Virus record (IMG/VR): IMGVR_UViG_3300047550_001246 | Coordinates: 1 to 56,160 of that record | Strand: one strand, 5' to 3' | DNA length: 56,160 nt | Source: a virus | Taxonomy: Duplodnaviria; Caudoviricetes | Shown: one piece after another, positions 1 to 9,900 of the stretch | Numbering within the stretch: position 1 is the first letter of the stretch | How the letters are laid out: each line of letters opens with the position of its first letter | The notes under the pieces: generated by a model | The model's input: the letters and a program-made list of their open reading frames with translations, nothing else | Databases searched by the model: none | Told to the model about the DNA's origin: nothing | Position numbers and translations under genes: made by a program

Positions 1-1443
1 ACGCCGAGTGCGTGGGATACGACGGTATTTAGAACTTTTCAACTTGGCACTGGCGCTGGATCAGGGGCATTGTCAGGTCGGACAGACGGTGCAAACAATG
101 TTGCTTTGACTGTAAACGCATACTATGGAACCGGCGCATATCGTTATGTCGGAACCGGAACCGCAACGCTTTATAACCAGCAAAACGGTGTTCATTCTTG
201 GCAAACAGCAGCCTCCGGCACCGCAGGCAACGCGATCACGTTCACGCAGGCGATGACGCTGGATGCGTCGGGTCGCCTACAACTCGGCACGACAACCGCA
301 GCAGGAATGCTTACGGTTTCTGCTCCTGCAAGTACAACTTACGGAACATTTAACGCTGTATCTAACGGGTTTGGTTATCTCACGCTGCGGAATAACGGCA
401 CAGACTGCGGATACATAGGGCCTGGTGCGCTTGGTAGTGGAAATCAACTTAGCCTCGCTTCCGCAGGCTCAACCCCGATTCTTTTTGGCACTAACGGCTC
501 CGAACGCGCCCGCATCACGGCGGCAGGAGAATTTGTTGTAGGTTCCACAACCAGCGCCTATACGTCTTCAGGTCGTGGTGTTATTGAAGTAAACGGAAGC
601 AGTCAATCGCTTTATGGCTTCCGAACAGGTGGCACAGCGCGTGGCTATTTGCTGCATGACGGCACAAACTTAACTATCAGCAACGATGTCTCAGCAGCAC
701 CGTTAATCTTCCAAACCGCAGCATCCGAACGCGCACGCATCACGAGTGGGGGGGATTTTTTAGTTGGTGAAACATCAACTCAATACTCATCAAAAATACT
801 TACAAATGGTGGCCCAATCTCCACCAGAATAGCCAACGTAGATGCTAATTACGGAGATGTTTTTGTTGCGGGATATACAGCAAATACGTCGGAAAGAAAC
901 ATTATAAGAAGTGCAGTATCTTCTGTAGCGGGAAGTTCTGGCTTCCAATTTATGATTTCTGACGGTGCTGGCTCGGCTACCGTAACTGAGTCATTCCGCA
1001 TTAATCGCACAAGTTGCACCGTCGTTGGGTCACTGTCCAAAGGCTCAGGTTCGTTCAAGATTGACCATCCATTAAAGCCTGATACGCACCACCTCGTACA
1101 TTCGTTCATTGAAGGCCCGCAGGCTGACTTGATTTACCGTGGTAAGGCTACGCTTATAAATGGCAAGGTCACGGTAAACGTAGATGCCGCTGCTGGAATG
1201 ACGGAGGGTACGTTTGCGGTGCTGTGCCGTGAGGTGCAGTGCTTTACAAGTAACGAGTCAGACTGGGATGCTGTTCGCGGAGTCGTTGCAGGAAACATCT
1301 TGACGATTGAATGTCAAAACCCAAACTCATCAGCCACTGTTTCTTGGATGGTAATCGGTGAGCGTAAAGATAAGCATATGTACGACACAGAGTGGACTGA
1401 CGAAAACGGAAAAGTCATTGTAGAACCGTTAAAAGGAGTTTGA
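1..1443 (+). CDS. Tail fibre protein, 5'-truncated C-terminal part
   Basis: Frame 1 is open from base 1 (TPSAWDTT...). G/S/T-rich, with repeated ERARIT..G and MTLDASG.L.LGT fibre junction motifs and a C-terminal GSFKIDHP...HSFIEGP...YRG domain. Confidence 0.85.
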   Translation, partial: TPSAWDTTVFRTFQLGTGAGSGALSGRTDGANNVALTVNAYYGTGAYRYVGTGTATLYNQQNGVHSWQTAASGTAGNAITFTQAMTLDASGRLQLGTTTAAGMLTVSAPASTTYGTFNAVSNGFGYLTLRNNGTDCGYIGPGALGSGNQLSLASAGSTPILFGTNGSERARITAAGEFVVGSTTSAYTSSGRGVIEVNGSSQSLYGFRTGGTARGYLLHDGTNLTISNDVSAAPLIFQTAASERARITSGGDFLVGETSTQYSSKILTNGGPISTRIANVDANYGDVFVAGYTANTSERNIIRSAVSSVAGSSGFQFMISDGAGSATVTESFRINRTSCTVVGSLSKGSGSFKIDHPLKPDTHHLVHSFIEGPQADLIYRGKATLINGKVTVNVDAAAGMTEGTFAVLCREVQCFTSNESDWDAVRGVVAGNILTIECQNPNSSATVSWMVIGERKDKHMYDTEWTDENGKVIVEPLKGV

Positions 1444-1445
1444 CT

Positions 1446-1604
1446 GTGGAAGCAAAGTTAGAAATGACGCTTGAAGAAGCCGTCGCCATCGTGAATCTGC
1501 TGGGTAGCCTCCCGACGAGTCAAGGCGGGTTCCCGCTCTGGCAGAAACTGAAGGCGCAGGTGGAGGCGCAGTTGCCGAAGCCGGAAGAGGTGGTCAAGCA
1601 ATGA
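1446..1604 (+). CDS. Small hypothetical protein (52 aa), possibly fibre-associated
   Basis: Not in the ORF track. GTG start after an AAGGAG RBS; MEAKLEMTLEEAVAIVNLLGSLP...; stop overlaps the next ATG (ATGA). Confidence 0.7.
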   Translation: MEAKLEMTLEEAVAIVNLLGSLPTSQGGFPLWQKLKAQVEAQLPKPEEVVKQ

Positions 1605-1885
1605 CCATCAACGTCGCGTTTCTCCTAATCTTCCTAGCCCTCCAAGTGTTGGACATCTGGACAACGCTCAAGGCTTTGAAGTTAGGAGGACGCGAGGTGA
1701 ACCCGGTCTTGGCGAAGTTGTTTGAGCGGTTTGACCCCTTAGCCACGATGGTGGCGGTCAAGTTACTCGGAGTCTGGGCCTTGTGGTACTTGGATAATTA
1801 CTGGATCACGGGGCTAATGTGTGCGCTGTACCTCTACGTCGTGGATCGGAACCTCGGCGTGATTGAGACGTTGAAGAAGCGATGA
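1601..1885 (+). CDS. Small multi-TM membrane protein (DUF5658-like)
   Basis: Hydrophobic helices and an LDIWTT...GGREVNPVL motif; lies in the lysis region. Confidence 0.6.
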   Translation: MTINVAFLLIFLALQVLDIWTTLKALKLGGREVNPVLAKLFERFDPLATMVAVKLLGVWALWYLDNYWITGLMCALYLYVVDRNLGVIETLKKR

Positions 1886-2061
1886 CGGTCGAAGCCAAAG
1901 ACCTGAAGTTGCTAAAGAGTGACTACACCCACCGGATCAAGTCGGTCGGGGACAGGGTAAGGGGTTTGGAGCGTAGGCTCGACTGGGTTGAAAAGTTGTT
2001 GTGGTTATCGGCGGGAGCCGTGATTAGTTGGTTGGTGTCGATAGTCTTGAGGAATGTGTGA
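1882..2061 (+). CDS. Small coiled-coil + C-terminal TM protein (XhlA-like architecture)
   Basis: Not in the ORF track. MTVEAKDLKLL...RVRGLERRLDWVEKLLWLSAGAVISWLVSIVLRNV; ATGA/TGATG coupled on both sides. Confidence 0.65.
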   Translation: MTVEAKDLKLLKSDYTHRIKSVGDRVRGLERRLDWVEKLLWLSAGAVISWLVSIVLRNV

Positions 2062-2288
2062 TGGAAGACGGGCAGATTTTATTCAACATCATTATCGGGA
2101 TCGCTGGCGTATTTGGCGGCTGGATTTTGAATAACATCTCCCGTTCTATTGAGCGTCTGGACAAGGACGTTCGGGCGATGCCGTTGACCTACGTGACCCG
2201 TGCGGATTACCGCGCAGACATTGAAGAAATCAAAGCGATGCTGATGCGGATCAACGACAAGTTAGATGCCAAGGCGGATAAGGAGTAA
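2061..2288 (+). CDS. Holin/antiholin-like protein (N-terminal TM + coiled coil)
   Basis: ATG at 2061 overlaps the upstream stop; TM ILFNIIIGIAGVFGGWIL is followed by a heptad region. Confidence 0.6.
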   Translation: MEDGQILFNIIIGIAGVFGGWILNNISRSIERLDKDVRAMPLTYVTRADYRADIEEIKAMLMRINDKLDAKADKE

Positions 2289-2291
2289 CCG

Positions 2292-2837
2292 ATGCCCCTC
2301 CCTGCTGCACTCCTGCCTTTGATAAAGCCGCTCCTTTCGAACGGTTTAAATCTCGTGGCGAACGCCGTTTCCGCGAAGGGCAAGCAATGGGTTGAGAATA
2401 AACTCGGCGTTGAGTTAAAGCCGGATATGTCCTCTGAAGACTTGGCCAAGGTTCAAATGGCCCAGATGGAGCATGAAGAAGAACTGCTTCGGCTACGCAT
2501 TGAAGAGGACAAGTTGGATTTGGCCAAGACGGAACTTTTCCTCAAGGACGTAGACTCGGCGCGGGATCGTGAAGCAGCAATTGCCACCTCGGACAAAGCA
2601 CCGCTGCTCAACAAGATTGTCACGCCTGTCCTTGCCCTTTCCATCCTGCTGCTGACTTTCAGCCTTTTTGGTGTTGTGATGTTCGACAACACTCCGGTTG
2701 AGTCCAGCCGCAAAGATATTCTGATCTACATTCTCGGGGTCTTGTCTGCGATCTCTACACAGATCGTGTCGTACTACTTCGGCTCCTCGCAGGGTAGTAA
2801 GGACAAGGCAGATCAGCTCAAGGAGGCGCTTAAATGA
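2292..2837 (+). CDS. Holin-like protein
   Basis: Two C-terminal TMs ending in SYYFGSS, typical of 3TM/GTA-type holins; directly upstream of the endolysin. Confidence 0.65.
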   Translation: MPLPAALLPLIKPLLSNGLNLVANAVSAKGKQWVENKLGVELKPDMSSEDLAKVQMAQMEHEEELLRLRIEEDKLDLAKTELFLKDVDSARDREAAIATSDKAPLLNKIVTPVLALSILLLTFSLFGVVMFDNTPVESSRKDILIYILGVLSAISTQIVSYYFGSSQGSKDKADQLKEALK

Positions 2838-3199
2838 GTAACGTCTCCGAACAGGCTGGATTCTTGCTTGACATGTGTAAGCTGATTGAAAAGGCGACGG
2901 AACTTGGCTTCGTGGTGACGGGTGGCGAGTTGTACCGTACCCCCGAGCAGCAACAGATTCATGTTCGTGCCGGTCGTAGCAAGACAATGAACAGCCTGCA
3001 CTTGAGCCGCCGAGCCGTGGACCTAAACTTTTTTAAGGACGGTAAGTTGTGCTACGACAAGGCTGAGCTTGCCCCGCTTGGCGCTTATTGGGAAAGTTTG
3101 CACCCGCTTAATTCGTGGGGTGGGAATGGAGTTCGCTTGGTCGATACTCCCCACTTCAGCCGGGGTATTGGTAAGCCGGAATGGCGGCGCGTTACTTAA
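2834..3199 (+). CDS. Endolysin, M15 family peptidase
   Basis: R..EQQ, SLHLSRRAVD (SxHxxxxAxD) and WGG...DTPH zinc-peptidase motifs. Confidence 0.85.
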   Translation: MSNVSEQAGFLLDMCKLIEKATELGFVVTGGELYRTPEQQQIHVRAGRSKTMNSLHLSRRAVDLNFFKDGKLCYDKAELAPLGAYWESLHPLNSWGGNGVRLVDTPHFSRGIGKPEWRRVT

Positions 3200-3211
3200 T
3201 TGGAGATTTAA

Positions 3212-3859
3212 ATGCCAGCCGCAATGACCTTTACCAGTTTGCAGTCGGACATCCGCAACTACCTTGAGCGTGGCGGAGCGACGGATCCAATTGTCTTTGA
3301 GCAGATTCCGCGTCTCATTACGCTGGCTGAGCGTCGGATTGCGCGTGAGCTGAAGATCCAAGGTTTTCAGAATGTGGTCACGATGACCATGCAGTCTGAC
3401 GTTGCCGTGTATGCAAAGCCGGATCGGTGGCGCGATACCATCAGCATTAACTACGGCACCGGCACAGGCAACAACACGCGGGTTCAGGTCTATCCAAGAT
3501 CGTATGAATATGTGCGTGAGTATTGGCCAAACGAAACCGAAACCGACCCGCCAAAGTTTTACGCTGACTACAATTACAACTACTGGATCTTTGCTCCAAC
3601 GCCCGATGCGGCGTACCCGGTAGAGATTCTGTATTACGAACTGCCGCCGCTGTTGGATGATACGAATCAGACCAACTGGTTGTCGGAGTACGCGCCCAAC
3701 TTGTTGCTGTATGGGTCGCTTGTGGAGGCGACGCCGTTTGTGAAGGACGACCAGCGCGTACAGTTGTGGCAGTCCTACTACGACCGCGCTTTGGCGGCGT
3801 TGAATGGTGAAGACTTACAGAAGATCGTTGATCGGTCTACGAATCGTCGGGAGGCTTAA
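3212..3859 (+). CDS. Head-tail adaptor / tail tubular protein A-like
   Basis: Helical N-terminus (IPRLITLAERRI), FAPTPD..Y and NWL...PNLLLYGSL pattern; first gene of the tail module. Confidence 0.7.
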   Translation: MPAAMTFTSLQSDIRNYLERGGATDPIVFEQIPRLITLAERRIARELKIQGFQNVVTMTMQSDVAVYAKPDRWRDTISINYGTGTGNNTRVQVYPRSYEYVREYWPNETETDPPKFYADYNYNYWIFAPTPDAAYPVEILYYELPPLLDDTNQTNWLSEYAPNLLLYGSLVEATPFVKDDQRVQLWQSYYDRALAALNGEDLQKIVDRSTNRREA

Positions 3860-3861
3860 CA

Positions 3862-5058
3862 GTGCCTAGCTTTACTCAAACTTTCGGCGGAACGAACATC
3901 TATCCAAGTGATGTCTCGTACCGTTATGTGTCCCTGACGATTGATCAGGTGCTGGACTGGCCGCTAGAGACTGCGCCGTCAAATGATGTCGTGGCATCCA
4001 TTATGGATGTTAATGCGACGACGACCAGCCTTGTCATTACGATGCCGGATGCGCGGGATGCAAGTACCGGCGAAACGGTGTTATTTAATAACGTCGGTTC
4101 TAACACCTTTACGGTCAAGACCAGCACGGGCGTGCAAATTTGCGCACCCACTTCGGGCAGCACGTTTCAGATTTACCTGACGGACAACAGCACGGAGTCT
4201 GGAGCTTGGCGTTCGTTCCAATATGGTGCATCGGCTTCGGCTGCGAACGCGGCGGCACTTGCGGGTCTTGGGCTGAAGGCGATTGCGACGACGCTGAATC
4301 AGTCGGTTCCGGTCAGTACTTTTAGCACCACCTACACCGCTGCCACGAGTGACCGTGCTAAGGCATTGGTATGGACGGGAGGCGCAGGGACTCTTGCGTT
4401 TGATACTGCCCCTACTCTGGGCAACGACTGGTTTGTCAATGTTCGCAATAGCGGCACAGGCGATCTGACGCTAAACCCGAGCAGTTCAGAGACGATCAAC
4501 GGTGAACTGACTCTTGTGTTGTCTCCGGGTGACAGCGCAATCGTAGTTACAAACGGCGTACAGTTTTGGACGATTGGCTTTGGTCAGTCTGCTGTATACG
4601 CTTTTAGCTTGCTTCAGATTGATGTATCGGGCAGTGGAAATTACACGCTGTCAATTGCGGAACTGAACAAGACGGCTTATGTGTTTACTGGCACGCTGAC
4701 GGGTAATCGGGACATCATTGTTCCGACCACGGTGCAGCAATACTGGGTCAGCAATCAAACCTCTGGGTCTTATACGCTTGGAATGCGTACATCTGGTCAA
4801 GCCAGCCCCGGTGTCACGGTAGCAGCCGGTGCCCGAGCCATTTTGTACTGCGACGGAACAGATGTGGTGGATGCCGACACGGCAACGATTGCCATTCCGG
4901 TTACCGTGGCTCAAGGCGGAACTGGCGCAACAACGGCTTCTGGAGCAAGAACCAACTTGGGCGCAACGTCGATTGGTAACGCGGTCTTTACGGCTGCGAG
5001 TACTTCTGCGGCGCAGATTGCGCTGGGTCTTGACCCGATTGAAGGCGGTAGTTACTGA
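3862..5058 (+). CDS. Virion tail structural protein
   Basis: T/S/G-rich beta protein with a VAQGGTGATTASGARTNLG fibre motif; GTG start. Confidence 0.65.
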   Translation: MPSFTQTFGGTNIYPSDVSYRYVSLTIDQVLDWPLETAPSNDVVASIMDVNATTTSLVITMPDARDASTGETVLFNNVGSNTFTVKTSTGVQICAPTSGSTFQIYLTDNSTESGAWRSFQYGASASAANAAALAGLGLKAIATTLNQSVPVSTFSTTYTAATSDRAKALVWTGGAGTLAFDTAPTLGNDWFVNVRNSGTGDLTLNPSSSETINGELTLVLSPGDSAIVVTNGVQFWTIGFGQSAVYAFSLLQIDVSGSGNYTLSIAELNKTAYVFTGTLTGNRDIIVPTTVQQYWVSNQTSGSYTLGMRTSGQASPGVTVAAGARAILYCDGTDVVDADTATIAIPVTVAQGGTGATTASGARTNLGATSIGNAVFTAASTSAAQIALGLDPIEGGSY

Positions 5059-6668
5059 TGCCACTTCAGCCGGTCATCGTTCGCTCCGAACCCGGAATTA
5101 AGCGGGACGGAACGAAGTTTGAAGGTAACTTTTATGTTGACGGGCAATGGGTCCGTTTTCAACGTGGGTTGCCGCGTAAGATCGGTGGGTATCGCGCACT
5201 CCAGGATCGACTGGATGGCATCGCCCGTGGCATGCACATTCACAATCATAATGGTTATACCTATGTCCACATAGGTACGGCAGCGGGCGTGTTTCGTTTT
5301 CGTCTCAGCCAGAACGGACAATCCAGCATTGTTACCGATCGCACGTACAGCGGATACGTCGCCAACTCCGATAACCTTTGGCAGTTTGATGTGGCGTTTA
5401 ACACCACAAACAGTCAGAACGAAATTTTGGCTCATGCAGCGCCAAACATCGAAGACATCTCTTCAGATGCTGCGGGTCAGCTTTATCAAGGTTTTGATAA
5501 CGGAACGAGCGAGTTGGTCCCGGTTTCTGGCATTACCGTCTCTGGCGGTATCGTTGCCCTTGCTCCGTATGTGTTTGCGTATGGATCAGATGGCTTTATT
5601 CAATGGAGCCGCGCAGGGTACACGGATGACTGGTCCGGCGGCGATGCTGGTGAGGCGCGTGTTACGAGTCAAAAAATCGTTAAAGGATTGCCTCTACGAT
5701 CCGGTGCAGGTAACGCGCCGTCTGGACTCTTCTGGTCATTGGATTCAGTCATTCGTGCGACCTACGTTGGCGGTGCCCCGGTTTTCCAGTTTGACACCAT
5801 TACCTCGCAGTCAAGCATTCTCTCTTCGCAGAGCGTGATTGAGTACGACGGTATTTACTTCTGGTGCGGTGTTGACCGTTTCTTGATGTTTAACGGTGTC
5901 GTGCGTGAAGTGCCGAACTCGCTGAACCTGAACTGGTTCTTTGATAACCTAAACTACTCTCAGCGCCAGAAAGTATTTGCTTTTAAGGTTCCGCGCTGGG
6001 GCGAAATCTGGTGGTGTTACCCGAGGGGTAATGCAACTGAGTGTACGCATGCCGTCATTTACAACGTGCGTGAGAACACATGGTACGACACGGAACTCCC
6101 GAACGGCGGACGCTCTGCGGGTCAATATGCGCAGGTGTTTAGTTCACCCCTCGTAGTAGGTGTGATTGATACCGAAACGGTTCAATTCCGCGGAACGCAA
6201 GATACAGAGCGTCGCGTAACAGAAGACGATCAACCGCGAATCATTAATGACCCAAAAGGTTATGTGGTTTGGCAGCATGAATACGGAACGGATGAAATTA
6301 ATGGCGACAGGATTCGCCCCATACAGTCTTACTTTGAAACGGCGGATATGTCTTTGGTTGCGGCACCTGAGCCACAAAACATGGCTGTTCGTGTTGAGTA
6401 CATGGAGCCAGATTTTGTTCAGTCTGGAAACATGACCGTACAAGTTACGGGTAGAGCAAATGCTAAAGCAGGCGAAGTAACAAGCGATCCTCAAACAATT
6501 TATGCAACGCTAACGGATCGTCAGCAGCAGCTTGTCTACTTCCGCGAGATTCGTCGAGAAATGCGCTTTCGATTTGAGAGCAACACGGTTGGCGGGAACT
6601 ACCAGATGGGGCAGATCATTGCCCATATCGAACCGGCTACGGGTACGGTCCTTGGAGAGAATCCATGA
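5058..6668 (+). CDS. Tail nozzle / stabilisation protein (P22 gp10 / tubular protein B-like)
   Basis: 536 aa beta-rich protein with PGIKRDGT, VRF..G.P.KIGG and EIWWCYP motifs; sits before the ejection proteins. Confidence 0.7.
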   Translation: MPLQPVIVRSEPGIKRDGTKFEGNFYVDGQWVRFQRGLPRKIGGYRALQDRLDGIARGMHIHNHNGYTYVHIGTAAGVFRFRLSQNGQSSIVTDRTYSGYVANSDNLWQFDVAFNTTNSQNEILAHAAPNIEDISSDAAGQLYQGFDNGTSELVPVSGITVSGGIVALAPYVFAYGSDGFIQWSRAGYTDDWSGGDAGEARVTSQKIVKGLPLRSGAGNAPSGLFWSLDSVIRATYVGGAPVFQFDTITSQSSILSSQSVIEYDGIYFWCGVDRFLMFNGVVREVPNSLNLNWFFDNLNYSQRQKVFAFKVPRWGEIWWCYPRGNATECTHAVIYNVRENTWYDTELPNGGRSAGQYAQVFSSPLVVGVIDTETVQFRGTQDTERRVTEDDQPRIINDPKGYVVWQHEYGTDEINGDRIRPIQSYFETADMSLVAAPEPQNMAVRVEYMEPDFVQSGNMTVQVTGRANAKAGEVTSDPQTIYATLTDRQQQLVYFREIRREMRFRFESNTVGGNYQMGQIIAHIEPATGTVLGENP

Positions 6669-6904
6669 GAACGCATCGCATCGTAGACCCGCGTGGAATG
6701 GACATTCAGTATTGGGCGGATACACTCTGCTTGGATCTGGACGAGTATGCGGTCATTCCGCAACTTTACGATAAGAACCGATGGCAAGATTGGGCGGCGG
6801 GTTTAGTAAGTATTAATGGCATCTCGCAGTTGAATCCGCCGTCGCCTTATCAGTTTGACGACTGGCGTGAGTGGGCGCTTCGCTTTTATCAAGTTTTGGA
6901 CTAG
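6665..6904 (+). CDS. Hypothetical virion-associated protein
   Basis: Coupled ORF, Trp-rich (WQDWA...FDDWREWA). Confidence 0.6.
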   Translation: MRTHRIVDPRGMDIQYWADTLCLDLDEYAVIPQLYDKNRWQDWAAGLVSINGISQLNPPSPYQFDDWREWALRFYQVLD

Positions 6905-6911
6905 GTGAACT

Positions 6912-9900
6912 ATGAGTCGTTTTTACACCTATGGTGACATCCCTGACGTAAGAGGGGTGTTTTACGAAGAAGGACCCAGTGGTCTTGGTTTTTTTTCTGA
7001 ACCATCGTTTGACTACTCACCTGTATTTTCGCAGCCTTTAGAAGATGCTCCTTTAAGTTACTTTCAAGATGATCGACAACTAGAGTTGGATCGTCAGGCT
7101 GAAGAGAGACGCCAGTTTGAACTTTTTGAAGCACAGCGCAGACAGGCTGAGCAAGAATATGCTCGTCGCCTTGAACAAGAGCGTGCAATTGAACTTGCTC
7201 GGCAACAACAGATTGCGCGTGAGCAAGAGGCTGCGCGACAAGCAGAGGCTGCGCGTGTTGCTGAAATGGTCCGTCAGCAGGAGATGGCTCGACAAGAAGC
7301 ATTAAGACAGCAAGAGATGGCTCGTCAAGAGGCATTAAGACAACAAGAGATTGCTAGACAGCAGGAAATGGCTCGCCAAGAGGCTGCGCGTAGAGCAGAA
7401 GAAGCCCGTATGGCAGAAGAGGCCCGTAGGGCAGAGGAAGCGCGTCAAGCAGAACAACAGAGACAGGCTGAACTAAGAATAATTCAAGAGCAAGAAAATG
7501 CTCGACGCGCTGAAGAGACTCGTCGCGCCGAGGATTTAAGGCGCGCCGAACAGCAGCGTATTGCTGAGGAAACTCGTCGTGCAGAGCAGGCCCGTCTTGC
7601 TCGTGAAGCACAACTAGCGCGAGAAGCCGAGGTTGCTCGTAGAGCAGAAGAGGAAGCAACCAGTCGTCGTCAAGCCGAGGCTGCAAGAAGGGAGCAGGAG
7701 CGGGTTGCTACTGAGCAAGCGCGTCTTGAGCAAGAACGGGTTGCTGAAGCGCAACGTCAAGCTGAGGTTCAGCGTCAAGCCGAATTGCAACGTCAAGAAG
7801 CAGAGCGTCAGGAAACGGCTCGTCGTCAAGCTGAAATGGCAGAGATGCAACGTCGTCAAGCGGAGCAAGAAAACTCTATGCGTGTTGAGCAAGAGCGTCA
7901 AGCACAACTTCAGCGTCAGCAAGAGCTGGCTGATTTGCAGCGTCGTGAAGAGGCTCGTAGGGCAGAAGAGGAGCGAGCAAGAATTCCAACTCCTCAAGAA
8001 GAAGTTGCTATTTCACAACCGCCGCTTAGTCAGGTTGGAGATGAGTTAATTCCGCAAGCTCCTCCAGAAGATCCAATGCGTGGGGTTAGTGGTCCGGAAA
8101 TGTTTCGTTGGTCAGACGGCACATATCACTTTAGACCTGAAGAATCTGGTCAAAGAACTCCAATTGATCAGCTTCCTGACTATTATCGTCGCTTAACTGA
8201 AGAGGCTTTGGCTAAGTCGCCTCTGCAAGATATTCCAGACTATATGCGTCAAAATCTTGTAGGGCCGTCTCGCACTCCTCCCGAAATGCCTGAAGAATTA
8301 ATTCCCACTCCTCGCGGAGAAAATGTTCCGATTTCACCGCTTACCTCGCTGCCTAGTGGCCCAGACCCAATTAGCGACTCTTGGGGATATCGTGGTGAAA
8401 ATGTTCCGGTAGCGCCGCTTGAAAGTTTACCCGGACCGGGATTGGCTGGAGATGATGGAAGACTTCCGCGTGGGGAAGATGTTCCGGTAGCGCCGCTTTC
8501 ATCGACAGTTGATTTTATTAGAAGTCAACTTGGTGAGCAGCCTCAAGCCCCGTCTTCACCGCTTGCTGATACGGCAGCGGCTGCGCCAAGCATAAGTGAT
8601 TGGACCGCGCTTTCTGAACAAGCAACTGCTGAATTTATTAACTCGCTTTCTCCTGAAGATCGTCAAGCGTTGTTTGACGCAGACATGGCGGGAATGGCTC
8701 GTGGAAGTCCTCTTAAGGAAAGCCCGCTGGCTTTGAACTTTAGTGGCGCTGGTTTTGGCGGCACCTACTCCTTAAGTCCGCAGGCGCTCTTTACCGAAGG
8801 CACCGGAGGCGCTGACTTAGAGACGGGAAGTCTTTACGCACCGCTTAGCAGCCCGTCTATAGAGCGCGGCAAGGAATTGCAAAAGCAACGCGAAGCCTTT
8901 GTTACTTCAAAGGCCGGAGAGATGCCCGGTGCCGCTGATCTTAAGAAAGCAGCGGAAGCAATGCAGGCTGAGGCTAAGAGAGAAATTTCTGCTGAAGAAG
9001 AAAAGTATCTTGCCACGCTTCCGCAGCGCCGAGAGTTGTCTAGCCTCCTTAAGCAAGGAAAGTTTGCTGAAGCATTTAAATATGCTGCTGACAACGGCGT
9101 AACGGAACTCATTACAAACCCGGCTGAGCTTAAGAATCTTCGCGGTGCGTTTTCAAAGGATGAGTTAGGTAAATTCTTCTCTTCCATGCCAGAGGATTTG
9201 AAACCTATCTTCGCACCGTCCGGTCTGCAAGATGAAAAGTTTAATTTCGATCCGCAGAAAGGCGTTGAGTACAGCGTAGGTCAGTGGCGCGGTGAAACAG
9301 GATTCCCGCTTGTCAGTTCTGCCTTTATGGCAAAGAAAGACAAGACGGTTGAGAATCTTGCCAAAGTTGCTGGTCTTGCGATGCTGACCGCTGGTTTTGC
9401 ACCGGGGTTACTTGGCGGAGCGCCTGCGGGTGGTGCTGCTGGAGCTGGCGGCGCTGGAGCAGGGGCTGGTGCAGCGGGAGCGGGTGCTGCTGGGGCTGGT
9501 GGCGCGCTAAGCGCTGCTGAACTTGCTAGCATTCTTCCTGAAATAGTAATTACGTCTAGCAAAGTAAGCCCTTTGTTAACTGCTGCTGGAGCTGCTGGCG
9601 CTGGTCTTGCTGCCTCTCAACTTGGCGGCGGGGCTGCGGCTGCGCCTACGGCATCGACTGCTCCAACCACGCCTGTTGATCCACTTCAAGAAATTCTTGT
9701 CACCGGATCAAAAGTTCCCCCCGCTAGTTTAAGCGCAATCGGCCCCGGCACTTTGGCATCTTTAAACTTGATGCGCGGTGTCAGTGATATTCCGGTAGAC
9801 ATTTACGGAAGACCTGTTGAACCGCCTCCGGCAGAAGCTCCGCCTGAAACGCCGCCAGAAGAGCCGCTTAAGGAAATCCTTGTTACCGCACCTAAACCTA

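Noticed and set aside
1-1443. Diversity-generating retroelement acting on the tail fibre
   Set aside because: No reverse transcriptase and no ~100-nt template/variable repeat pair with adenine-specific mismatches were seen.
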